DNA of 64,000 nt from Nitrospinaceae bacterium (GCA_965223665.1 OZ245011.1:2208001-2272000), one strand, 5' to 3'; positions 22,115-30,881 are shown, counted from the first letter of the stretch. Program-made: numbers and translations. Notes: generated by a model not told the origin, from the sequence alone.

Positions 22115-22882
22115 ATGAAAGCCACACTTTTCTCCATAGGATGTATTGGCCTCTTTTTGTTTGGTTTATGTTTTATTTTAACCTTTTCGGCACCCGGTAC
22201 ATTTGAAGAGTCTGCAAAAGAGTTTGTGAAACAACAAATAGAGAAGGAAATTAAGGAAAAGTATCAAGAGGTCAAAGCCTCTTCCTTTGTGGGGAAAGTG
22301 AGTGCTTTGGTAAACCAGTTTGGGTATCATGAACAGCAATTGCGAGAGGCCATTGAGAATGGGTTACCTGAAAAAATTGGAAATGTGCTCGCCAGGATGT
22401 GTGGCTATGACTGTGAAAAAAAGAAAAGTGTTATTCAATCGATTAAAAATACTTATTTAGAACAAATTTCCAATTATGATTCCGCTCAGGAAAGACTTAA
22501 GGAAATCATTAAGAACAAATATCTTACTATCTTTGGGAATTTAAAATCAGACTTAAGGATTTTTCTTGGTTCCAATACCCTTGTATTTTCTCTTTTACTG
22601 TTGATCTCAGCACTAAAACCAAGGGCCTTTGTCCAGTTATCTATTCCGGGAATACTATTGTTCATCGCCACTATAGTTTCGGTGGCATTATATGTTTTTG
22701 GACAAGATTGGTTTTACACATTGGTTTACAACGATTTTATGGGATGGGGATACCTGGCTTACATAGGTGTAATATTTTGCTCTTTAACGGATATAGTTTT
22801 TAACAAAGCAAGAGTGACCACAGAGGTCGTCAATTTCTATTTTAACCTTATAGGCTCAGCCATATCAGCGAGTCCGTGTTAA
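22115..22882 (+). CDS. Hypothetical membrane protein
   Basis: 255-aa ORF with one N-terminal and three C-terminal TM segments. Confidence 0.75.
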   Translation: MKATLFSIGCIGLFLFGLCFILTFSAPGTFEESAKEFVKQQIEKEIKEKYQEVKASSFVGKVSALVNQFGYHEQQLREAIENGLPEKIGNVLARMCGYDCEKKKSVIQSIKNTYLEQISNYDSAQERLKEIIKNKYLTIFGNLKSDLRIFLGSNTLVFSLLLLISALKPRAFVQLSIPGILLFIATIVSVALYVFGQDWFYTLVYNDFMGWGYLAYIGVIFCSLTDIVFNKARVTTEVVNFYFNLIGSAISASPC

Positions 22883-22947
22883 AAGAAAAAAAAGAGAATT
22901 TCATATTAATCTTGAAATAAAGGCAGCCAAGAATCGAGAGAGTCCGT

Positions 22948-23322
22948 ATGAAAGGGATGTTCCTGAGAACGTTCCATAGCACCCGTTACTTTCTCCTGAA
23001 CCGTTTTCGAAGCAGAAATTATTTGAATTTCCCTTATTTCATTGCCTGCAATGAACTTTCACAAGAATATAATTATGCACTCTCCATCCTTGAAAAGAAA
23101 TTTGAGAATCTGACTTTTCCGGTAGATCGTTTTTATTGGTATGCATCGAATTCTTTAATTGCTGCCAATCAAAACCGCAATAATGATGCAATTGAATTTG
23201 CTAAACAGGCTCTCGAGGCAGCCCAAGTAAAAAAATCTGGATTCCGTTACCATCAGAATATAGGGCTGGTTGGAAAGGAACATCAAAAAGTGATTAAAAA
23301 ACTTGTTAAATTAGTGGGTTAA
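22948..23322 (+). CDS. Hypothetical helical-repeat protein, probably an N-terminally truncated remnant
   Basis: C-terminal FP..RF...A..AL.AA....SGFRYH...GLV looks genuine; the first ~25 aa do not. Confidence 0.45.
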   Translation: MKGMFLRTFHSTRYFLLNRFRSRNYLNFPYFIACNELSQEYNYALSILEKKFENLTFPVDRFYWYASNSLIAANQNRNNDAIEFAKQALEAAQVKKSGFRYHQNIGLVGKEHQKVIKKLVKLVG

Positions 23323-23475
23323 AATTAATTATTCAAGATCACTTAAACTTCCTGTACTCACCGCCCATGATCCCCAACCGGCACCCGGAGGTAACTAAAC
23401 TATTCAAAAAGTTTCTGAAGAACCCGCACTCGCCACCGAACATCGCAAATAAATTTTCCCAATGGCCGGGGGCCA

Positions 23476-23871
23476 TTAGTCTTTGCGTTTTTCGAGTTTT
23501 TTGACTTTTTCGCGCAGGACGGAAATTTCGGAAGAGAGGTTGCGGATCATTTCCAGCGCTTCTTTGATGGCGATTCCATCGGGATGAATCACGTTGCCCG
23601 GGAGGGCATTTTTTTCAATTTCCATGACTCCCCGACCGGTCAGCATCCAGTCAAGTGATACTTTACGCGAGACGCAGAACGCCACGATGGTGTCTGTGGG
23701 AAAGTAATCCTGCTCTTCATAATTTTTGATACTTTGCCGAGAGATCCCGAATTCTCGCGCCATATGAGCCTGTTTCAGGTCTTCCACACCCAGGACCTGC
23801 CCCACCCGCTTGGCGATGACCGCAAACGGCTTAAAAACCTTCTTGTGCTGCTGTAAATTTTTATTTGACAT
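23476..23871 (-). CDS. Phage CI-like HTH repressor with C-terminal coiled coil
   Basis: QAHMAREFGISRQSIKNYE HTH; VSLDWMLTGRG.M. Confidence 0.85.
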   Translation of the reverse strand: MSNKNLQQHKKVFKPFAVIAKRVGQVLGVEDLKQAHMAREFGISRQSIKNYEEQDYFPTDTIVAFCVSRKVSLDWMLTGRGVMEIEKNALPGNVIHPDGIAIKEALEMIRNLSSEISVLREKVKKLEKRKD

Positions 23872-23893
23872 ATGTCAGGTTTTAATTTACATT
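23865..23893 (+). promoter_or_regulatory. Sigma70-like promoter overlapped by a 12-bp perfect palindrome (candidate operator)
   Basis: TTGACA(23865)-17 nt-TACATT(23888); TGACATATGTCA at 23866-23877. Confidence 0.65.
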
Positions 23894-24354
23894 GCTCTCG
23901 TAGGCACATTGCCCCGGAGGACGCGGACGAAATGGAAAATCCCGACAGTATCACAATTCCGGATTCCAAACAAGGTTCCCAACCTGGCGGTTGGCAGCGT
24001 GATGCTGGCCACTCGCCGTGGCGGCAGAATTTATTCGCGATGTTCGGAGGTAAATACAAAATACTCTGAAAATTTTCGGAGAGTTTACTTTCCATTGATA
24101 AAACTCCCGGGTCGCGAGGACAACTCTATTTTCCATGGACCTGTGGCATGTGCCGAGCACTCAAAAATTTTTTAATAATAAAGTTAGCCTTTAGGAAAAA
24201 ATTTCCCTGCCGGCATAAAGCCTGCCGGTCTCATCTCCCTGGTGGGGGTTTTTCACCCTCCCGGAACTCCCGCCGGGGAGGCTTTAAAAATTAAGAATGA
24301 ATCAGTGAAAAGATTCTGATGATCTCGTTTGAAAGTAAATAAAGGAGCATCCGT

Positions 24355-24729
24355 ATTCACGACTTTGACACATACCAAACCCAGGTGCAGCAACGAATCG
24401 ACCAGATCGGTCTGGTGGAACCACATGAAGTGGCCGCACCGGATGCCATTTTGCCGCAACTTAAAAAACTGGTTTCGTTATGGAATGAAGTGGAGGACTT
24501 TCACCGCATTGCTGAAGACAATTTTGATGAAGACGATATTTACACCGCCCTCACCGCCATCGCCATAGGCTTTGATGAAGTGGGGAACCAATGCATCGAC
24601 GCCTGCGAGCAGATTGCGCTGATACGGGACCAGATTCAGAACCACCAGGGCCACATGTGCGCTGAATATAACGAGGGCACTCGCCTGTCTCAACAGGAGG
24701 ATGAATGGGAACAGAGACATTACTATTAA
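24355..24729 (+). CDS. Acidic hypothetical protein; start uncertain (ATT 24355 or GTG 24385)
   Basis: AAGGAG lies 7 nt before an in-frame ATT; ORF track gives 24385..24729. Confidence 0.6.
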   Translation: MHDFDTYQTQVQQRIDQIGLVEPHEVAAPDAILPQLKKLVSLWNEVEDFHRIAEDNFDEDDIYTALTAIAIGFDEVGNQCIDACEQIALIRDQIQNHQGHMCAEYNEGTRLSQQEDEWEQRHYY

Positions 24730-24803
24730 GAGTTGTTCTGGGTGGCATTACCGGACTGTTAGTGTGGATTTTTTGGGACGAAATTGAGGAGTTGTTTCGA
24801 TGA
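24705..24803 (+). CDS. 32-aa single-TM peptide
   Basis: AGGAGG RBS; MGTETLLLRVVLGGITGLLVWIFWDEIEELFR*. Confidence 0.55.
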   Translation: MGTETLLLRVVLGGITGLLVWIFWDEIEELFR

Positions 24804-24901
24804 ATATTCAATGGACGCTGCTGCTTCTTGGCACTCTATGGTGTTTCGCCCTTTCCCTGTGGGCGTGGAAGCGGTTGTGGGACATCGTGTCAAGGCCCTG
24901 A
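24800..24901 (+). CDS. 33-aa single-TM peptide
   Basis: ATGA overlap with the previous ORF; MNIQWTLLLLGTLWCFALSLWAWKRLWDIVSRP*. Confidence 0.5.
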   Translation: MNIQWTLLLLGTLWCFALSLWAWKRLWDIVSRP

Positions 24902-25284
24902 TCCTTTAAGCTTGCGGTACAGGCTTCCGTTAGTTCGAGAAGGGTTGTCTGCTCAATAATATTGGGTCGAAAGCGAACCAGGGTGGGGCCAGTGGGGTTT
25001 ACGCAGGCGTGCGAGTTTCCCCCGAGCAAACCCTCGCGAAAGACAACCAACAAGCCTACAACTTTTTCGAGATATCAGCTAGCCATAATGAAAGAACAAA
25101 ACAATAAATTAAAAATAAAAAGCAAATGCGTTCCCTCTTTTCTAAAGAGAGTTAGGGTGATTCACCTTCAGGGGTCTTCACTTATAAAAATAATTTATTC
25201 TTTCAGCAAGAATGATGACACGCGTTTTTTTAAGCGCAAATTTAATTTTTCTAAATTTTCAAAACAAAAAAATCATCTCTTTTT

Positions 25285-25575
25285 ATGGAGCCCGGCCACA
25301 TGATCTTCGAGTGCAAAGTATTTTCAGCCCAAGGCGAGTTGAAACAAGTATTGGACCCGGAACGAATTATCAAAAAACATTGGGAAGGATTTTGGTTAGG
25401 CGAAGGACCCAGCGATAACCGAAACTTTCCCCTGCGAAACTGCGAATTATGCCAGGAGGAATACAAACCCACATCCAGCACTCAGAAAATTTGTCTCACA
25501 GAAGCGTGCCGGGTTCGGCTCCGCCGATTGAACCGCAAACGCGCCCAACTGCGCAAACAACAGCAACTGAATTAA
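25285..25575 (+). CDS. Small Cys-containing (Zn-ribbon-like) protein upstream of the integrase
   Basis: CxxC...QKIC...C motif and basic tail. Confidence 0.65.
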   Translation: MEPGHMIFECKVFSAQGELKQVLDPERIIKKHWEGFWLGEGPSDNRNFPLRNCELCQEEYKPTSSTQKICLTEACRVRLRRLNRKRAQLRKQQQLN

Positions 25576-25582
25576 AAAATAA

Positions 25583-26713
25583 ATGCCGCAACATCAATTG
25601 AAACAGGATGTGGTACCATGGGGTCATCCAATGAACCACAAAGCTTGCCCTTATAACGATAAGGAGGGTGAGCCCATGAGAATGCGATTGAAAGGAAACC
25701 GCTGGTACGCGGCGTTCCGATGGAAAGGCCAATGGCGCGGCGATTCGCTGGAAGCGTTTGCACACCAAACGATGAAAGCCCAGATGAACCTCGGCCGCCT
25801 GATAGAAAGACTGGAGAGAGGAGACGACCCCAAAATCACCAAAAAGCCGATTGCCTCGGCTCAGAAATTGTACGCAGAGCAGATCCGGCATCGGTCCCAG
25901 TCCGTCAAGTTACGCAGCACATCGATTTTAAAACTGCACATCATTCCTTTTTTCGGTGAGACTCCGTTTGAAAAAGTCCCCCCCGACATGGTTGCCCACT
26001 ATAAGGAAAAACGGGAAGCCAGCGGCACCACGCAGAGTACGCTGCAAAAAGAGTTGCGCGTGCTGAAAGAAGTCATGCGCCTGGCAATAAAAGATTGGGA
26101 AATACCGACCGCCAGAGAAAGTGCGCGGATGGTTTTCAAGAATCCCGGAAAGACGCCGCAACAAGTCCTGCAGCTGGCGGATCTGAAGCACGCCGCACCG
26201 TGGGTGCCAAAGCAATCCGCAAGGTACGGAGAACAATATTTAAGAGCCTTCTGGTTTATGGCCTTCACCGGATTGGACGCGTCCGACGTATTGAAAATCA
26301 CCCCCGGGCATATCAAGAACGGATGGATAGAAGGCAAACGCGGAAAAAATAAGAAACCCTATTTCATTTATATCTCCCGATCATTACATGGGTTGATCGA
26401 GTCCATGCCCAGTCCACTGACCGAGGATCAGCCCTATCTGACCGGCATCAAAAGCAATCCCCTGTGCAAGGCGATCAAGCGAGCGTTTGTGAAAGCCGGG
26501 CTGGACTGGGCCAATACCAAAAGCCTGCGACACTTTTTTGCGTCGTACCTGCACAATGCCGGGTTGCCGAAGCAAGTCATCGCCGAAGCCGTGGGGCACG
26601 CCGAGAACTCGAAATGCACCCCGGTGTATTTACATTTATATAAAGATAACCTGAAGGCCGCATTTGAAGTCTTCGACCAGACCGTCGACCCCATGCTGCC
26701 ATTCGAAAAATGA
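25583..26713 (+). CDS. Tyrosine recombinase/integrase with atypical active-site motifs
   Basis: TLQKEL.VLK core-binding helix; FTGLD, KSLRHFFAS, VGHA, VY; true start may be ATG 25676 after AAGGAGG. Confidence 0.85.
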   Translation: MPQHQLKQDVVPWGHPMNHKACPYNDKEGEPMRMRLKGNRWYAAFRWKGQWRGDSLEAFAHQTMKAQMNLGRLIERLERGDDPKITKKPIASAQKLYAEQIRHRSQSVKLRSTSILKLHIIPFFGETPFEKVPPDMVAHYKEKREASGTTQSTLQKELRVLKEVMRLAIKDWEIPTARESARMVFKNPGKTPQQVLQLADLKHAAPWVPKQSARYGEQYLRAFWFMAFTGLDASDVLKITPGHIKNGWIEGKRGKNKKPYFIYISRSLHGLIESMPSPLTEDQPYLTGIKSNPLCKAIKRAFVKAGLDWANTKSLRHFFASYLHNAGLPKQVIAEAVGHAENSKCTPVYLHLYKDNLKAAFEVFDQTVDPMLPFEK

Positions 26714-26809
26714 GAGGACGAATAGTGAAAAAATAGATTCAGAAAATTCTAATTAAGCTTAAAGAGGTGAACAAAATAAACTCAATCGGCGACCAGATTT
26801 TTAGAGAAA

Positions 26810-27494
26810 GCTCCATCTCGTCGAAGATGAGACGGATGAAGGGTGGCCGGACAACGTCAGGATGGAACGAGGAAATGGGAAAAGAACTTCAATTTAATTC
26901 TAAGATTTACAAAATTTAAAAAATGTTCACTCTTTTAGAAAAAAAAGTAAGCGGAAAACGATGTGCTCCCTCTTTCCCAACCTGGCGGTTGGAGGCAAGA
27001 AAAATTTTCGAAAAGTTTCTGATGATTCTGTCATCTTAGAAATTTACCGAAAATGAATTTTACTGGCAGGCGTTGGCCTGCGGGCTGGGGGGATTGACCT
27101 CCAGGGTTTTTATAAAGTAAGAATGAAGAAAATCCTTCTAGCCGCGGTCCCCGACAGCTGTGGGATTCACATTCAAGAGAAGAAATTTTTATGGGAAAAG
27201 ACGATGCGCTCCTTCTTTTTAGAGAAAGCTCCATCTCATCGAAGAGGAGACTGGCGAAGCCGGGCCGGACACCGTCCGGATGGAGCGTTGAAAGTGGAAA
27301 TAAGAAGGGGACTTCAAACGGGTTGGACATTCCATTGAATCAAAAATTTAAAGAAGAGTTCTGGAAAACGGTATTTTTAAAAACCGCAACAAACAAATTA
27401 AAAAAAATTTGTCCGTTACCAACTTTTTAGGAAATGCTCCATCTTATCAAAGATAAGACAGGCGAAGCCCGGCCGGACAACATCCGGATGGAGT
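26810..27494 (+). repeat. Three dispersed copies of a 59-nt multi-hairpin element (26810-26868, 27228-27286, 27436-27494)
   Basis: GCTCCATC...GATGGAGC-type outer stem with internal hairpins; same length in all three copies. Confidence 0.85.
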
Positions 27495-27685
27495 AGAAAA
27501 AATCGAAAAATATCACGAACAACCTTAATAGCTCTAAAGAAAAACACCTTGGGAGAGGGAAAAGCCAGCAACAAACTAGAAGTTACCTGACAAAAAAAGC
27601 GACTTTCTGAATAAAATTAAGGGTAGAGAAATAGGAGAGTTTCCAAGTAACCATAAGGATCAAATAGAATCGGTACAAAGAGAAG

Positions 27686-28331
27686 AGGAAGGTGACGTTT
27701 GGATCGGTGACGAGAAGTGTTGACCGAATGTGAGCCAAGTATAAACATGGCTTCCTGAATAAACCCAAATCGTGGATAATGGTGATAATTTTCAAATATT
27801 ACTTAGCCATCAAAGAGAAACTGGGCAAAGACTATAGGAAGGTGACGTTTGGATCGGTGACGAGAAGTGTTGACCGAATGTGAGCCAAGTATAAACATGG
27901 CTTCCTGAATAAACCCAAATCGTGGATAATGGTGATAATTTTTAAATATTACTTAGCCATCAAAGAGAAACTGGGCAGAGACTATAGGAAGGTAACGTTT
28001 GGATCGGTGACGAGAAGTGTTGACCGAATGTGAGCCAAGTATAAACATGGCTTCCTGAATAAACCCAAATCGTAGATAATGGTGATAATTTTCAAATATT
28101 ACTTAGCCATCAAAGAGAAACTGGGCAGAGACTATAGGAAGGTGACGTTTGGATCGGTGACGAGAAGTGTTGACCGAATGTGAGCCAAGTATAAACATGG
28201 CTTCCTGAATAAACCCAAATCGTGGATAATGGTGATAATTTTTAAATATTACTTAGCCATCAAAGAGAAACTGGACAGAGACTATAGGAAGGTGACGTTT
28301 GGATCGGTGACGAGAAGTGTTGACCGAATGT
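27686..28331. repeat. Tandem array, 150-bp unit, 4 full copies plus 46 bp
   Basis: AGGAAGGT(G/A)ACGTTTGGATCGGTGACG starts at 27686, 27836, 27986, 28136, 28286; only a few substitutions between copies. Confidence 0.97.
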
Positions 28332-28392
28332 TGCCGATAGAAAAATGAGCATTCTCAAAATCGCAATAACCGGAGCAAAAACAAAGGAGGGA

Positions 28393-28436
28393 TGGCGTCC
28401 CCAGCGGGATTCGAACCCGCGTCGCCGGCGTGAAAG
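28393..28436 (-). other. att site: displaced 3' half of tRNA-Glu(TTC), left prophage boundary
   Basis: Minus strand reads CTTTCACGCCGGCGACGCGGGTTCGAATCCCGCTGGGGACGCCA (anticodon loop to CCA); no 5' half; 85 bp from the integrase stop. Confidence 0.9.
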
Positions 28437-28521
28437 TTACCCACCCCAAAAATCGACCCTTGTTTTTGATACTCTTCTACTTTTTTTGAGAATCTCAACT
28501 GCACGTTTCTCCCACGTTAGC

Positions 28522-29562
28522 CTAAAATGCCTCATTAAATGCTTGCTTCAAAGTGTCTTCATACACCCCCGGATACACCTCCGTAATCCTCGATCCGGGA
28601 GAATGCCCCAAGGCTTTTGCGATCCAATCCAAGCTGTATCCCGCATCCAACAACCGACTGGCCACATACCGCCTGAGGTCCTTCGCGGAATACTCTTTGT
28701 ACCCAATTTTTTCAAATGCCCGTTTCACTTGCTTGGCAAATAACCTGGCATCAAACCCGGGCAATATTTTTTGATCGGCTTTTAAAGGAAACGGAACCTT
28801 CTTCAATTTTTCCTGCAACCCCTTACACACCGGAACCTGAATCATCGGTTGGGATTTGTACCGACTGGATTTACTCCGAACCTTTTTGATCAATCCATCC
28901 TTGAAATGACCTTTCTCCAACTGCTCAATGTCTTTCGGTTCCATCCCGGTATAGGCCATGATCCAAAACCCGATTAAACTTTGCTCTTTCATGTGAGTGG
29001 CCGCCAGGGCAATCAGTTCCGGGGTTAACGGAGCTTTCTGAATGCTGCTCTTCTTTTGCACATAAGAATACCTGGGCAATTCCCATTTGGGCATCCCCCT
29101 ACAAATAACCGTCTTTAAAACTCTCAGTTCTTTATCTAAAGTAGATTTAACGCCAAAGGGTTTTCCGTCCTTTTGCCCCCACCGATGCACGATATAACTT
29201 TCAATCAATTCCCGGGTAATATCTTTCACATAATATTCCCCAAAGAACGGTTTGACATTAGTCTCCCAAATACTAATCCCCCGCGGATCTTTCTCCGGGT
29301 ATTTCATGGTTTTAAACTTTTTCCGGCTGGTGATGGGATCTTCACCCCGTTCCAACCGTTCCCGCAAAGCCCCCAGGTTTTTTAACGCTTTCCAGGGTTC
29401 TTTTTCGTAGGCATCTAAAGACACCTCAATCTTTCGACCCTTGAAACGGAAATTAGAGACCCACTTGCCGTCCTTAAGACGCATCATCATAGGCTCACCC
29501 CCACTATTTAAAAAAGGATGGGATGATTTTAACACAGACTGTTTTGGGTCTCTTAATTCCAT
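28522..29562 (-). CDS. Prophage tyrosine integrase with atypical active-site motifs
   Basis: STLDKELRVLK; YTGME, KDLRRYVAS, LGHS, ITEVY; adjacent to att; related to 25583..26713. Confidence 0.88.
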   Translation of the reverse strand: MELRDPKQSVLKSSHPFLNSGGEPMMMRLKDGKWVSNFRFKGRKIEVSLDAYEKEPWKALKNLGALRERLERGEDPITSRKKFKTMKYPEKDPRGISIWETNVKPFFGEYYVKDITRELIESYIVHRWGQKDGKPFGVKSTLDKELRVLKTVICRGMPKWELPRYSYVQKKSSIQKAPLTPELIALAATHMKEQSLIGFWIMAYTGMEPKDIEQLEKGHFKDGLIKKVRSKSSRYKSQPMIQVPVCKGLQEKLKKVPFPLKADQKILPGFDARLFAKQVKRAFEKIGYKEYSAKDLRRYVASRLLDAGYSLDWIAKALGHSPGSRITEVYPGVYEDTLKQAFNEAF

Positions 29563-29608
29563 TGATTTGCTTGAAACTCCTGCTTAATCCGGAAACCAGA
29601 AAAAAGAT

Positions 29609-29866
29609 TTATCCAACCGGCGATTCTGCTGCAACGGGTGGAAGAGATTCGAGGTCCAAATAAAACTCTTCCCCTACTTTTGGCAATTCACCTTTGTAAT
29701 GATGCTTATCCATGGAAAAGTTTAACGTTCCCGACGGCGTGAACTTCCAAAACAAGGAATTCTCATGGTTCTTGTCATTGTTGTGAAACACAGCGGACAT
29801 TTTACAAATCCAACCGTGCCGATGTTCTTCCACAGAATCACAAACAAACTTGCAACGCGTTTTCAT
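29609..29866 (-). CDS. Small phage protein (R.KF.C...EN..FW..TPSG.L family)
   Basis: GGAGG RBS; paralog of the neighbouring gene. Confidence 0.8.
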   Translation of the reverse strand: MKTRCKFVCDSVEEHRHGWICKMSAVFHNNDKNHENSLFWKFTPSGTLNFSMDKHHYKGELPKVGEEFYLDLESLPPVAAESPVG

Positions 29867-30120
29867 AATTCCTCCTTTTCATTTAATGGATTATCCATTG
29901 GGGTGATGTCGACATAATATTCGTCCCCCACCGTTGGGAGTTCGCCTTTGTAATGCGATGTTTCTGGACAAAACTCTAAGGTGCCTGGAAAATTGTAATT
30001 CACGAATTTATAATTTACATGTTTTATATAACGTTCCGGGTGGACCGGTTTGAACTCAACCTTCACATTATGTATGCGGCGACTAACTTCTACACACTTC
30101 ATTAAAATTCGAGCTTTCAT
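29863..30120 (-). CDS. Small phage protein, paralog of 29609..29866
   Basis: Shared GTL.F.....HYKGELP.VG.E.Y.D. Confidence 0.8.
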   Translation of the reverse strand: MKARILMKCVEVSRRIHNVKVEFKPVHPERYIKHVNYKFVNYNFPGTLEFCPETSHYKGELPTVGDEYYVDITPMDNPLNEKEEL

Positions 30121-30422
30121 TCGCTCTCCTGTTTTACGCGGACGGCATCGATCTCTTCATCCAACCCTTTTTGCTCTTTCAGTTCTCTGTTCTTCAAGTC
30201 CAATAACCACTGGGGACAATAAAACCCGTCGGACTTTTCAGAAATCCTTTGCTCGGGAAACCACATCCGCCATTGCCGGCGCTCTCCCTGAGAGTTTTTC
30301 AACTGAACCAACAGGTTGATGCCCTTCCCTTTGATCTCAATTTTTTCCGCATCGATTAATCTGAAATAAATGGTTCGCTTTTTCGTTTTTTTACTTTTGA
30401 TTTTTGTTTTTGTTGAAACCAT
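30117..30422 (-). CDS. Hypothetical phage early protein
   Basis: ATGA overlap with the downstream gene; WFP...I......F.CP.WL. Confidence 0.7.
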   Translation of the reverse strand: MVSTKTKIKSKKTKKRTIYFRLIDAEKIEIKGKGINLLVQLKNSQGERRQWRMWFPEQRISEKSDGFYCPQWLLDLKNRELKEQKGLDEEIDAVRVKQESE

Positions 30423-30445
30423 TTCAAATACTATTCGCTCCCAGA

Positions 30446-30676
30446 TTAAAGACGGCCCGGCGTTTCCGGGAGGGTGAGAAACGCCGGGCCCAAGAGCCCA
30501 TCCAAATAAACAGGGGCCTCAATATTTCTGAAATAAAAGTTTTCCATTTTGTATTCAGTACCAAAAGCATCCGCCGCCCAGGCAATGACAAGGACAATAG
30601 AAAGCCAAAACACAATCAATAAAATCAGGGGCCAAAACAAATCATGAAAAGGATCCTGAGGTTTTTGGTTACACAT
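30446..30676 (-). CDS. Hypothetical small membrane protein
   Basis: One TM segment; in the leftward early operon. Confidence 0.5.
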   Translation of the reverse strand: MCNQKPQDPFHDLFWPLILLIVFWLSIVLVIAWAADAFGTEYKMENFYFRNIEAPVYLDGLLGPAFLTLPETPGRL

Positions 30677-30881
30677 TGATTTCCCCCGCGGCGGGGCTCC
30701 GTAAATAAGAAACCCGGATTACCGATGCCTTGAGGAGGTAAGCAATAATCCGGGCCGAGGAGAATTTGATTTCAAATGCAAAGGCTGAAATCAAAAAAAT
30801 ACCCAAGAAAGTGAGGGTTACGGGTCCCTTCTCGCTTGGGCAACGTAATTGATTGAAATTTTGAAATATGGTAGTGTGCAT
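30669..30881 (-). CDS. Hypothetical protein, first gene of the leftward operon
   Basis: GGGGA RBS; position next to the leftward promoter. Confidence 0.45.
   Translation of the reverse strand: MHTTIFQNFNQLRCPSEKGPVTLTFLGIFLISAFAFEIKFSSARIIAYLLKASVIRVSYLRSPAAGEINV

Noticed and set aside
23872-23931. ATG 23872 as the start of a rightward gene
   Set aside because: It abuts the repressor start head-to-head and lies inside the predicted promoter spacer
23390-24093. DGR template/variable repeat pair
   Set aside because: Only about half of the mismatches are at adenines, the copies are inverted, and there is no reverse transcriptase in the window
27686-28331. CRISPR array (46-bp repeat with 104-bp spacers)
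   Set aside because: The intervening segments are near-identical to each other and no cas genes are present; it is a plain tandem repeat
28393-28470. Intact tRNA-Glu gene
   Set aside because: Only anticodon loop to CCA is present; the upstream sequence cannot form the D-arm or 5' acceptor strand
28345-28743. 132-aa ORF across the att site
   Set aside because: Reads through the reverse tRNA fragment and antisense to the integrase; no protein-like features
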